Source: a virus
Taxonomy: Duplodnaviria; Caudoviricetes
Reading direction: 5' to 3' (one strand)
DNA length: 64,000 nt
IMG/VR virus record: IMGVR_UViG_3300043077_000173
Location: 32,001-96,000 of that record
In this document: one piece after another, positions 30,750-40,220 of the stretch
Layout: each line of letters opens with the position of its first letter
Position numbering within the stretch: the first letter of the stretch is position 1
Notes under the pieces: model-generated
What the model saw: the letters and a program-made list of their open reading frames with translations, nothing else
What the model was told of the DNA's origin: nothing
Databases searched by the model: none
Translations under genes and position numbers: made by a program

Positions 30750-32582
30750 CTATACATCAAAGCTTAAAAATCCATCCATATCATCATTGGCTTGTAGAGC
30801 TTTATCTATACTTAAATCCCAACCAATTACACCAAAGATTGTATCAATCGTTTTATCAACAATGCTGTCTTTCATAGATTGTACATCAAATGGTAATTCT
30901 CTAAACCATTTAGGAAATGATGTTAAATCTACCGGATAAGCAATTTTAGTCATTCCAAACGGATTATTGGGCTTCAATTTACATACAATAACTTTATTGC
31001 CATCAAGAATTTTAGGTGTTTTATTGTCTTGGTTTAATTCAATCATTCGATTCCAATTGATTGAGGCTAAAACCTGTGATACAGAACATTTTCCAGATTC
31101 TTTATAAATTTGTTCATAATAATCTAATTTATTGCATGCTTGTGGCTTACCTTTTTTCCATTCAGGTAATTTATTCCAATCATTTATAGCAAAATCTCTA
31201 ACAATATTTAATAAATCCTCTTTTGTACCATCTGTTAAAATCTTTTCAAGCATCTTTTTAAGCATTACTTTAACTAATTTATGCGTATCACTTCTCTGTG
31301 TTTGAATACCCATAATCTTGATTTTTCCAGGTTTACCATGAGTATCTAAACGCCACCCATCTTTATCAACCATCATTAAAGCATACCGCTTTTTACCGCA
31401 AAATAAGCCTTTTGTAGCAACAACTTCACGTCCAGCTTTCATAATATCTTTAGCATCATTTTCACAATGAAACGTTTTTGCCATATAATCTGGATATGTT
31501 GTATTAATATGTTCTTCAACCATATTAGAAAACGTTACTAAATTATCTTTTGAATAATCAAAATCAGGATGTGCTTCTTTAAACTCTTTACAATCTAGCG
31601 ACATGTAACAGGAATTATGTACTAATATATTATTTGAGAATTCCCACTGCCGTCTATCGTCTTTAATACCTATATCATATACATACTCATCCTCAAAGTT
31701 TCCAACACACTCACATCGTTTGATTTTGCTTCTAACAATTTTCATTTCCGTAAGTTCATCTGTGCTAAAATTACCATTATTATCTAAAACCAATCGACTA
31801 AAATGCTCTTTAATTTCTTCTGAATGTTTAATCGTATAAACATCAAAATATTCTTTTATTGTGATTAAAATATCTGTATCAATTATTTCTGAAGGTTTAA
31901 CCTCAATCAATTTCCCATCTCTCTCAACCATACAAGAATGATCTGATGTAACTGTTATAATATTACCGTTTTCATCTTCAATCTCCCATTTTGGTTTCGA
32001 TGTTTTATGACGATATACGTAGTTAATATTATAATATTTTGGTGTATTAGTTATATCATCATAGCCTAATACCAAATCATTTGTAAACCCATATTCTTTT
32101 CCAGTTCTTTCATCAAAATAATATGATGAACATTTATTATATAAATCTTCAACCGTTTCTGATATTTCTTTTCCATCACGCATTACTTTCTGAACGGTTG
32201 AGCCAATTTTTGAATCAGTGTCACCGCCGCGTAAACAACAACCTTTAGATGTATAAATGTTACACATTGCTTCATTTGCCGCCGAACATAAATGTAGCCA
32301 CGTTAATCTACCACTCATAGTTGTTGATGTACCAAGCCTAAAATCATAAAAAATTGATGATGGCTGCAATAAATAGCCATAAAGGCTATTTAATGAAATT
32401 TTTTGAACGTATTGTCTAAGGTTGTAAAATTGTTGCCGTTCTTTCAGATAGTTAGCGTCTTTACTTTCAATAATGTCACCAGATAATACAAGATTGTTTT
32501 CTTCCATGAATTGTTTGATAGCTTTCACATCTTTGGAAGCTACTAATTCTTTCAACTTATTAAAATCATACTCATTGGCCAT
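30750..32582 (-). CDS. Family B DNA polymerase, C-terminal subunit, intein-containing
   Basis: Motif B KISLNSLYG, motif C GDTD|S interrupted by an intein, KKRY, KIMG. Confidence 0.9.
   Translation of the reverse strand: MANEYDFNKLKELVASKDVKAIKQFMEENNLVLSGDIIESKDANYLKERQQFYNLRQYVQKISLNSLYGYLLQPSSIFYDFRLGTSTTMSGRLTWLHLCSAANEAMCNIYTSKGCCLRGGDTDSKIGSTVQKVMRDGKEISETVEDLYNKCSSYYFDERTGKEYGFTNDLVLGYDDITNTPKYYNINYVYRHKTSKPKWEIEDENGNIITVTSDHSCMVERDGKLIEVKPSEIIDTDILITIKEYFDVYTIKHSEEIKEHFSRLVLDNNGNFSTDELTEMKIVRSKIKRCECVGNFEDEYVYDIGIKDDRRQWEFSNNILVHNSCYMSLDCKEFKEAHPDFDYSKDNLVTFSNMVEEHINTTYPDYMAKTFHCENDAKDIMKAGREVVATKGLFCGKKRYALMMVDKDGWRLDTHGKPGKIKIMGIQTQRSDTHKLVKVMLKKMLEKILTDGTKEDLLNIVRDFAINDWNKLPEWKKGKPQACNKLDYYEQIYKESGKCSVSQVLASINWNRMIELNQDNKTPKILDGNKVIVCKLKPNNPFGMTKIAYPVDLTSFPKWFRELPFDVQSMKDSIVDKTIDTIFGVIGWDLSIDKALQANDDMDGFLSFDV
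31614..32213 (-). mobile_element. Mini-intein (200 aa) in PolB motif C
   Basis: Starts with Ser after GDTD; TVTSDHS block B, VYDI block F, ILVHN|S end; no LAGLIDADG motif. Confidence 0.9.
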
Positions 32583-33852
32583 ATTTTTCTCTCATCTTAT
32601 CTGATACGTACAACTTTATCTCATCTTTAGTCATTATATCCTTATACCGAATAAATGTCAAGGGTAAAATATCAGACCATAATTTTCCATTATACATTTT
32701 TAAACATTTATTAATATCACCATGTGTTGATCGTATATTAATCACCGCTGTAGGATATTCTAAAAACACCCTACTGATTGATGTTCCTATTTTATCTGGT
32801 ATATGAATATTATAGTTTTCTTCCATATATTCATTAAAAATATCTATATTAAAAAAATACATATTATCTTGTAATATTACAATATTATCTTGAATTGATG
32901 TTTTAAATTGTTTCACAGGAGAAATAATTTGATATTCTAAATCTTGAGTTCCTTTTTTAATCATTTTAACTGTATTATCTCGAATATCATAACACCGCAC
33001 ATTCTCATTTATTTTATCAAACCCAACAAAATTACCTTTTTTCTGCCTATGTTTAATAAAGCCTTCTGGAAGTTCTTCATAATTATATTGTCTTCTGGTT
33101 TCTCCAGTTGTAGGATTATAAATGTATGTTAAATTCTTTATAGATTTTGATAAAGATTCTCGATGTTTTTCAGGTAATCCGTATGTATAACCATCTGGAC
33201 ATTCTTCAGCATAAACTGTGTTACCATCTTTATCATAAAATGAATGTAATCCTTTAATACCATTCTCAGACATTTTTTGTTTAGTTTCTTCTTTATGTTT
33301 ATATCCAACTCTATAATATACATATTCACCTGAAACATACTTTGGATCATCAACAGTTGTTTGAAAAATCTTCCCGTCCTTATCTTTAACCACAACTTTA
33401 TTCTTAAAAAGTTTGGATGTTCGTTCTTTTGATTCTTCTGAATGCTTTCTTCCACTATTAGTTTCAGAAATAATTTTAGCAACTGCTAATCTAAATTGTT
33501 CATAATCTTCCGCATATTTTTCAAAATATTCTTCAACAGAACTTAATTGAAAATTAGGATTATATTTTCCTCTATTCAGCATCATATTAAAAGAAAATAT
33601 CACAGAACGTTGATGTTTAAACGCTTTATATAATAAATGATGTGATCTTAAATGATCTTTTGCTAGCAGTCTAACAATATTATCTTTATTTTTAACAAGC
33701 TCTGGAAATAACGCTCGTGGGTATATATGATGTCGCTCACAATATCCTTCATAGTCTTTAGGTAAAGCATGTTCTTTAATAAATTCCAGATAATTTAACC
33801 ATTCATTTTCATCAATTTCGTATCTTTCTTTTACTTCATTTAGGCTAATCAT
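32572..33852 (-). CDS. HNH homing endonuclease with NUMOD3 repeats
   Basis: ERHHIYPR...NIVRL..KDHLRSHHLL; GRKHSEESKERTS and GYKHKEETKQKMS. Confidence 0.85.
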   Translation of the reverse strand: MISLNEVKERYEIDENEWLNYLEFIKEHALPKDYEGYCERHHIYPRALFPELVKNKDNIVRLLAKDHLRSHHLLYKAFKHQRSVIFSFNMMLNRGKYNPNFQLSSVEEYFEKYAEDYEQFRLAVAKIISETNSGRKHSEESKERTSKLFKNKVVVKDKDGKIFQTTVDDPKYVSGEYVYYRVGYKHKEETKQKMSENGIKGLHSFYDKDGNTVYAEECPDGYTYGLPEKHRESLSKSIKNLTYIYNPTTGETRRQYNYEELPEGFIKHRQKKGNFVGFDKINENVRCYDIRDNTVKMIKKGTQDLEYQIISPVKQFKTSIQDNIVILQDNMYFFNIDIFNEYMEENYNIHIPDKIGTSISRVFLEYPTAVINIRSTHGDINKCLKMYNGKLWSDILPLTFIRYKDIMTKDEIKLYVSDKMREKYGQ

Positions 33853-33888
33853 AATAAACTCCAGTTATGGATCTCTTGTTCATTATAT

Positions 33889-35589
33889 TTACTCTTTCAA
33901 AACCTCTTGTAATTGTTTCAATAATTCTTCATCATCAATCTTTAAACCATTAGCCATATCTTCATACTTTGCCATTTCTTTCTTAAAGCCTTTACGACGA
34001 GAATACCATTTAGTTAATATTTGATTAATAATACCAACTTTATCAGTTCTATATATTGTACCAGCTCCAGATAATGTTAAATTACTACCATCTTTAAAAA
34101 TAAGGTTATACAAATCTTTAGCACTAATATCAGCGGATTGACCAGTTTCAAAATCAACAGTCAGCATTACATCCGATTTTTTCATTACCTCTTGGTATTC
34201 CAAAACACCCCACATATCATCACCTGCCCAAGCAGAACCCCATTTAGGAATGCGTTTAGAAATGTTTTCCCATAAACCATTTTCCTCAATTTTTTTATAC
34301 AAATAAGGAATCGTCATTGAAAGCCTAATTTGCCCAACAATTGTTTCAGGGGACATATTCAATGATCTTAACACTGAAGGATATAGTGAGTTTAAGTCAA
34401 AGCTCATAATATTTGTACAAAAACCTACAATCGGTGTTGGAACGAAAGCTCCTGGTGGAATAATACCTTTATATTTGTCGTTTTTTGTTTCATCTCTATC
34501 TGGAACAATTTCGTTTCTCGCATGAATCTCATTTACAACCATTTGGTTCATAAAAGCAACTGTACCCATTGTCGCTTCAAGAGAACATGTCGCTTCGTGG
34601 GCTTGTTGATTATGAATATAGATGTATTTCAACTTATCTTCAAGCTTCTTAACAAGCATTGTATCTTGACGGTTATATTTAATAAAATCTTCATACCTTT
34701 GTCTATACATATCGTCTAACGATTCATCGTGTTCAACTTTGTTTTCGCCAAGTTCTAGCTCCGCAATAGAATCTAACTTATACGATTCTTTCTTACCTTG
34801 TTCGTGTTTCTTATACAATTCAAGATAATCAGAAAACCATTTACCATAAAACTCATATATTAAATCAATTGAACCAAAATCGTTTTTCTTTTGCTTTTCT
34901 TTAGGCGGAATATTCCATAGACATAACCGTTTAGATTGACCTTCGCCTAAAATGTTTTCAATTCTTCTAACAATATAAGGGAAGTCAAATCGACTGGAGT
35001 TGAACCCACAAGTTACATCAGCATCATCTAATAAAGCAATTATACCATTTAATAATTGTTTTTCATCTTCGAAAAGAAATGTTTTATCAAACTTTTCACA
35101 AATGATTTGAGCTTCATCATGTGTTAAGTTTTCAGGACGCAACATTAAAGTGTATAAAGAATCTTGCCAATCATTATAAATGGATATGGCATTAATTGGA
35201 CAACAAGCTTTATCAACCAATTCTTTAACCGTAAGGTATTCATAACCTTTTCTGTCAACTTCAATATCAATGAATGATGTATGTAATTTAGGAGCTTCTT
35301 GACCATTAAAATATTTGTACAATACTTTATTAGGCAAATTAAAGTTAAGCTCGTATGTCTTAATACCTTTAGCCTTACATTCTTCACTAATCTTTTTAGC
35401 CATAAAGGGTTGCTTATACGTTATCTTCTTTAAACGTTTACCATCATACCCTTCATAATAACCATTTTCATCAGGTACATAATATTCAAGAATTAATGGA
35501 AAATCTTCACATATACGTTTTCCGTTAATGCGTTCAGATACCTTTAAAACACAGTTTTTATTATCTTGATAGTACCCAACATAAGACAT
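33889..35589 (-). CDS. Family B DNA polymerase, N-terminal subunit (3'-5' exonuclease plus motif A)
   Basis: FIDIEV, GFNSSRFDFPY, YNRQD, SFDLNSLYPS; ends in the first fingers helix. Confidence 0.9.
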   Translation of the reverse strand: MSYVGYYQDNKNCVLKVSERINGKRICEDFPLILEYYVPDENGYYEGYDGKRLKKITYKQPFMAKKISEECKAKGIKTYELNFNLPNKVLYKYFNGQEAPKLHTSFIDIEVDRKGYEYLTVKELVDKACCPINAISIYNDWQDSLYTLMLRPENLTHDEAQIICEKFDKTFLFEDEKQLLNGIIALLDDADVTCGFNSSRFDFPYIVRRIENILGEGQSKRLCLWNIPPKEKQKKNDFGSIDLIYEFYGKWFSDYLELYKKHEQGKKESYKLDSIAELELGENKVEHDESLDDMYRQRYEDFIKYNRQDTMLVKKLEDKLKYIYIHNQQAHEATCSLEATMGTVAFMNQMVVNEIHARNEIVPDRDETKNDKYKGIIPPGAFVPTPIVGFCTNIMSFDLNSLYPSVLRSLNMSPETIVGQIRLSMTIPYLYKKIEENGLWENISKRIPKWGSAWAGDDMWGVLEYQEVMKKSDVMLTVDFETGQSADISAKDLYNLIFKDGSNLTLSGAGTIYRTDKVGIINQILTKWYSRRKGFKKEMAKYEDMANGLKIDDEELLKQLQEVLKE

Positions 35590-35810
35590 TATTTAAAACT
35601 CCCACCATCCATAAACGTTTCATCCTCAGACGCCTCAGCGTTTGATTTAACGTTTTCAATGGTTTTTGAAAAATATTCACCTAAAAGTTCTGTGATACAG
35701 AATCCTAAATCTTCTAATTCTTTAAGGGAAAACTTTACCTCACGAGCATTTTGCCGTTTAGCTTCAGACAGCTTTTCCATAAAGTTTTTAATAACAAATT
35801 CTCTATTCAT
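35589..35810 (-). CDS. Hypothetical protein
   Basis: 73 aa ending MDGGSF, coupled to the pol start (TAATG). Confidence 0.65.
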   Translation of the reverse strand: MNREFVIKNFMEKLSEAKRQNAREVKFSLKELEDLGFCITELLGEYFSKTIENVKSNAEASEDETFMDGGSFK

Positions 35811-35844
35811 TAAATAACTCCCATATTTCTATGGGAGTATATTA

Positions 35845-36066
35845 CTAAAAATCTTTTGATTTGTCAAGATACTTTTTCGTAATCATATCAGCAATCTTTG
35901 GATCAAGCTCTTTCTTTTTTCGATATTCTTGCTTATTTTTCATAATTTCTTGTAGAATTTCTCGCCTGCTTTTTCCAGCATTCTCATCTTCCCAATAGTC
36001 AAACTCACCTGATTGCGGATTTTGTTGATTGTAATAATCTTTGTATTCATCATTTGTTAATTTCAT
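35845..36066 (-). CDS. Hypothetical protein
   Basis: ORF with GGAG RBS. Confidence 0.55.
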   Translation of the reverse strand: MKLTNDEYKDYYNQQNPQSGEFDYWEDENAGKSRREILQEIMKNKQEYRKKKELDPKIADMITKKYLDKSKDF

Positions 36067-36152
36067 TATTTGCTCCAGATAGTTTTGTTTTATAAAACCT
36101 TTTGGAGAAAATATAACATTAAAGTCATATCTTCTCCTTTTGGCTAAATGAT

Positions 36153-37508
36153 TTAATAAATCGGATGGTCTTTACACCATTCACTTATAGCGTTTTTAAT
36201 ACGATTTAATGCTAAATCTTTGTCAGAAAAATCTTTATATTTAGAAGATACTGCTCTAAAAAGTTCTATTCCATCGTAATCATACGCTCCAGTTAAAATA
36301 TCAATGATACTACAAATTTGATGAGCAATCCATTTAGAATCTTGTTCATTAGCTCCTCGTGTTGTAATACATGCTGTACCAATTCTTAATCCAGAAGTTT
36401 CCATTTTTGGTCTTGGATCATCTTTGATAGCATTTTTATTAGTGATGATTCCAACACTTTCCAATGCTTCTTCTAATTGTCTACCAGAAATACCTTTATT
36501 TGTAAGATTTAATAAAATCAAATGATTATCAGATCCTTTAGTCATCATATCAACGTTTCTGTTTTTAAATACTTGTTCCATAGCTTTGATATTCTTTAAA
36601 ACCTGTTGTTGATATTCTTTAAACTCTGGTTGTAAAGCTTCTTCAAAACAAACCGCTTTAGCAGCAATAACATGTTCTAATGGACCGCCTTGAATGCCTG
36701 GAAATACTGCTTTATCAATCTTTTTAGCAATTTCTTCATCATTTGTTAAAATAATACCACCTCTTGGTCCTCGTAACGTTTTATGAGTAGTAGATGTAAC
36801 AACATCAGCATAAGGAATAGGTGATGGGTGTAAGCCTGTGGCAACTAATCCAGCAATATGAGCCATATCTACCATTAAATAGCAATGAGGATTACCCAAA
36901 GTATCACCGCCCTCATCTTTAGCAGTCGATTGATACTCATTATATTTGTCCAAAATTTCTCTAATTCTCTCGAAATCGATAATTCTTGGATAAGCACTTG
37001 CTCCAACAATCAATAATGAAGGATTATAGGTATATAAATCTTCTTCAATTTCTTCATAATTGATTATGTCGTTTTCATCTAAGCCATAAGAAACAGCATT
37101 ATACATTTTTCCAGATGATGATACTTTAGAACCATGTGTTAAATGACCACCAGAATCTAATCCCATACCCAAAATAGTATCTCCTGGTTTACATAAGGCT
37201 AAATAAACTGCTTGATTTGCTTGACTACCAGAATGAGGTTGAACATTAGCATAATTACAACCAAATAATTGTTTAGCTTTATCAATAGCCAACTGTTCGA
37301 TTTTATCAATGTATTCACAACCACCATAATACCTACGATACTTTCCATTAGCTGGAACATATCCTTCAGCATATTTTTGTGTGAGAACAGATCCTTGAGC
37401 CTTCATTACATCTTGTGAGGTATAGTTTTCAGAAGCAATTAGACAAATCTCATTTTCTTGTCTTTGTCTTTCTTGATCAATCAAATCAAAAATTTCTTGT
37501 TTACTCAT
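36153..37508 (-). CDS. glyA: Serine hydroxymethyltransferase
   Basis: [33 protein letters not shown]-lysine motif [12 protein letters not shown]; start moved to MSKQ (AGGAG RBS). Confidence 0.95.
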   Translation of the reverse strand: MSKQEIFDLIDQERQRQENEICLIASENYTSQDVMKAQGSVLTQKYAEGYVPANGKYRRYYGGCEYIDKIEQLAIDKAKQLFGCNYANVQPHSGSQANQAVYLALCKPGDTILGMGLDSGGHLTHGSKVSSSGKMYNAVSYGLDENDIINYEEIEEDLYTYNPSLLIVGASAYPRIIDFERIREILDKYNEYQSTAKDEGGDTLGNPHCYLMVDMAHIAGLVATGLHPSPIPYADVVTSTTHKTLRGPRGGIILTNDEEIAKKIDKAVFPGIQGGPLEHVIAAKAVCFEEALQPEFKEYQQQVLKNIKAMEQVFKNRNVDMMTKGSDNHLILLNLTNKGISGRQLEEALESVGIITNKNAIKDDPRPKMETSGLRIGTACITTRGANEQDSKWIAHQICSIIDILTGAYDYDGIELFRAVSSKYKDFSDKDLALNRIKNAISEWCKDHPIY

Positions 37509-37896
37509 TCGTCGTCTCCTGCTTATTTGTTCTTTCAAGTATGATTTCACCAGCTTCATTGGTGTAATAGATGTTCTTAATGCCTACATATTCAATCAAT
37601 TTACGGCACATTGGACAAGGTTTTGCCATACCTAATTTACCCTCTTTATTTGCTCTATAAACAAGTATAGAAGTTCCTTTAAGCTTTGACCAATCAAGGT
37701 TTAATAAAGCAGACTGTTCAGCATGAAGGCTCTCTTCCCATTTTTTATACTTGTTTGAAATAGAAGAACTTCTAACATCATTGTGTCCAGAGCCATATAT
37801 ACGTTTTCCCTTGAAAACCACAGCCCCAATCTTGGGGCTAAATGTGGATTTCTTGGATTCCTGTATTGCTCTTTTGATTATATTACTATAAAGCAT
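37501..37896 (-). CDS. Zinc-dependent cytidine/dCMP deaminase-like protein
   Basis: HAE and PCPMC motifs. Confidence 0.8.
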   Translation of the reverse strand: MLYSNIIKRAIQESKKSTFSPKIGAVVFKGKRIYGSGHNDVRSSSISNKYKKWEESLHAEQSALLNLDWSKLKGTSILVYRANKEGKLGMAKPCPMCRKLIEYVGIKNIYYTNEAGEIILERTNKQETTNE

Positions 37897-38181
37897 TTAC
37901 TTACACAGTTCATTCTTTGTACAACCATTATACGGTTTACGTTCACGTGTAACAGTTGTATAGGTTTTCGGCTCATATACAGTTGTATATGTGGTATTTT
38001 CATATACAATTTCAACAGGTTTTCTTACTGTATAACTACTTCCTTGACAAGTATTACAAGCATATCTTGTTGTGGAATAAGTTCCAGTAGAAACTGTTTG
38101 TGTCAGTGTTTGTTCTACAGTATTTGTGGTAGAACATGCTGTTAAAGCCAATAAGGCAAATAGTACTAATAATTTTTTCAT
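37897..38181 (-). CDS. Putative lipoprotein
   Basis: MKKLLVLFALLALTAC signal peptide and lipobox; GGAG RBS before the ATG at 38181. Confidence 0.75.
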   Translation of the reverse strand: MKKLLVLFALLALTACSTTNTVEQTLTQTVSTGTYSTTRYACNTCQGSSYTVRKPVEIVYENTTYTTVYEPKTYTTVTRERKPYNGCTKNELCK

Positions 38182-38194
38182 ATCATCTCTCCAA

Positions 38195-38416
38195 TTACAT
38201 ATTGTGAAAATCCGGTACGCAGTCATTGATAATATCTAAGATTTCATCACGAACTTTTTCTGTAGAAATATTAGGATCATCACTATATTTGTACCAAGAT
38301 CTTGTTAAATTGTCAATCTTGTCTAGAGCAATGCTCATATTGATGGCGTTGTTGTACAATTTGTATTTGTACATATCATCTTCATTCTCTGAATCCAGTT
38401 CAAACGTGATTTTCAT
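38195..38416 (-). CDS. Hypothetical protein
   Basis: 73 aa, GAAAGGA RBS. Confidence 0.65.
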   Translation of the reverse strand: MKITFELDSENEDDMYKYKLYNNAINMSIALDKIDNLTRSWYKYSDDPNISTEKVRDEILDIINDCVPDFHNM

Positions 38417-38474
38417 AGCAAGTTTCCTTTCATAAAATATCGTTTTCTCAATTTGTAACTACTATATACACCTT

Positions 38475-39056
38475 TTATTCTCTCTTGTCAATAACTTTAT
38501 CGATTAAACCGAATGTTAATGCTTGCTCAGGTGTCATAAAATTATCTCTATCCATTGCTTTTTCAATAACCGACAATTTTTGCCCAGTGTTTTCAGCGTA
38601 AATTTTATTCAAACGCTTTCTAATGTCTAAAATCTCTTTAGCCTGAATCTCAATATCAGATGCTTTGCCAGAAGCTCCACCAGAAGGTTGATGAATCATT
38701 ATACGAGCATTTGGTAAGCAGTATCTCTTACCTTTTGTACCACCAGCTAGCAAAAATGATCCCATCGAACATGCTTGTCCAATACAAATGGTTGAAACAT
38801 CTGGTTTAATAAACTTCATTGTATCATACATTGCTAAACCAGAAGTTACAACACCACCAGGTGAGTTAATATACATAAAAATGTCTTTCGTTGGATCTTC
38901 AGCCTCTAAAAACAGTAATTGTGAACATACTACAGAAGCCATTTCATCATCAACTTCCCCAGAAACAAAGATAATACGTTCTTTCAACATTCTTGAAAAA
39001 ATATCATAAGAACGTTCTCCATAAGACGTTTGCTCAATAACGTATGGTGTCAACAT
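38475..39056 (-). CDS. clpP: ATP-dependent Clp protease proteolytic subunit
   Basis: YINSPGG, GQACSMG (Ser), MIHQP (His), DRD (Asp). Confidence 0.95.
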   Translation of the reverse strand: MLTPYVIEQTSYGERSYDIFSRMLKERIIFVSGEVDDEMASVVCSQLLFLEAEDPTKDIFMYINSPGGVVTSGLAMYDTMKFIKPDVSTICIGQACSMGSFLLAGGTKGKRYCLPNARIMIHQPSGGASGKASDIEIQAKEILDIRKRLNKIYAENTGQKLSVIEKAMDRDNFMTPEQALTFGLIDKVIDKRE

Positions 39057-39074
39057 TTAGTTAAATCCTTTCAG

Positions 39075-39296
39075 TTAAATCATGTCTTTTAAAATCATTT
39101 GTAAGCGTTTATATTGGGATTCATATAGAAACATTGTTCCATCATCTTTCCAATATGCTTTAACCCACTTTTTCAGCTTTTTAATCAACTCTTTATCAGC
39201 ATTTTCAGCTAATTTTCTAACATTGATAGAATTAAGCTCATCTAAAAACTGTTGTGGATCATCATAATATTCTTTAACGTAAAGCCTTTCTTCCAT
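39075..39296 (-). CDS. Hypothetical protein
   Basis: ORF with AGGA RBS downstream of a sigma70-type promoter. Confidence 0.6.
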   Translation of the reverse strand: MEERLYVKEYYDDPQQFLDELNSINVRKLAENADKELIKKLKKWVKAYWKDDGTMFLYESQYKRLQMILKDMI

Positions 39297-39327
39297 CTTT
39301 TAATCCTATCGTTTACTATATGCTCTC

Positions 39328-39356
39328 TTTATAGCATTAATAAAACGATTTGTCAA
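39328..39356 (-). promoter_or_regulatory. Sigma70-type promoter
   Basis: TTGACA-N17-TATAAA with extended -10 TG. Confidence 0.65.
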
Positions 39357-39362
39357 GAAGAT

Positions 39363-40097
39363 TTATTCACCGATTCTTTCTTTAGCTATTTCAAAGTATT
39401 TAGGGTCAAGCTCTATACCAATAAAATTGCGATTTAAGTTTTTACAAGCAACACCTGTAGTACCGCTTCCCATAGTGAAATCTAAAACTGTATCACCCTC
39501 ATTTGTATAAGTTTTTACCAAATATTTCATTAACTCTAACGGTTTTTGAGTAGGATGTAGGTTAGATGTCAAAATATCTCGTTGAAAATGAACGATTTGT
39601 AAAGGATAACGTGTTCCATTATCTTTGTATTCAAACGGTTTACCATTTTTTGAATCAACTAATACGCCTAATTTTCCATCTTTAATCTTATTGGTTCTTA
39701 ATGGTCCTTCATATTTCACCATTTGAGGATTATATGTACACTGTTTATTATAAAAGACGTTTATTGTTTCAATAACTTTTGCTGGTCGTTTTTTAAGCTG
39801 GAAAATGTTTGTAGCTCTCTCTTTTTGCCAATAGATGTCATATTTATATTCTTTTATATTAGATATTCTTAAATAACTATTAAATGGTTCATTTCCAAAT
39901 AATAATGTTGGAGCATTTTCTTTTCTTATATCCTTTAAGCAAGCCCACATTTTATCAAAAGGAATAATCGTATCCCAAGAACATTTTGTTGTTCCGTAAG
40001 GAATATCAGTTATGATAGCATCAACCTTCACATTTTTAGAAATAAGGTCGTTCATAACTTCAATACAATCGCCATTAAATAGTTTAATATCACTCAT
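39363..40097 (-). CDS. Orphan amino (N6-A/N4-C) DNA methyltransferase, beta class
   Basis: DIPY (DPPY-type) catalytic motif precedes HPTQKP and the FTMGSGTT SAM-binding motif. Confidence 0.9.
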   Translation of the reverse strand: MSDIKLFNGDCIEVMNDLISKNVKVDAIITDIPYGTTKCSWDTIIPFDKMWACLKDIRKENAPTLLFGNEPFNSYLRISNIKEYKYDIYWQKERATNIFQLKKRPAKVIETINVFYNKQCTYNPQMVKYEGPLRTNKIKDGKLGVLVDSKNGKPFEYKDNGTRYPLQIVHFQRDILTSNLHPTQKPLELMKYLVKTYTNEGDTVLDFTMGSGTTGVACKNLNRNFIGIELDPKYFEIAKERIGE

Positions 40098-40130
40098 TTC
40101 ATAAATTCTTTATGTTAAACAGTTTTCATA

Positions 40131-40159
40131 ATTGTATAGCAGATAAACGGTTTAGTCAA
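40131..40159 (-). promoter_or_regulatory. Sigma70-type promoter
   Basis: TTGACT-N17-TACAAT. Confidence 0.6.
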
Positions 40160-40174
40160 TATTCTCTAATCATT

Positions 40175-40202
40175 TCAAAGGTGTCGAATTCGACACCTTT
40201 GA
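40175..40202. repeat. Perfect 28-bp palindrome
   Basis: TCAAAGGTGTCGAATTCGACACCTTTGA equals its own reverse complement. Confidence 0.95.
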
Positions 40203-40220
40203 GCATTTAAGTTATTGATG

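Noticed and set aside
32211-32228. GGDTDS instead of YGDTDS as a sign of an inactive or unusual polymerase
   Set aside because: The catalytic DTD is intact and this position varies in T4-like polymerases.
32572-33888. Group I intron carrying the HNH gene within polB
   Set aside because: Only 36 nt lie upstream and the HNH overlaps the downstream start, so there is no room for a ribozyme core; the downstream half has its own ATG.
38475-39056. Bacterial contamination or prophage boundary around greA, clpP and glyA
   Set aside because: These genes are interleaved with phage genes, share their composition and promoter style, and no integrase or host operon context is present.
39363-40097. Complete restriction-modification system
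   Set aside because: No adjacent restriction endonuclease; orphan methyltransferases are common in phages.
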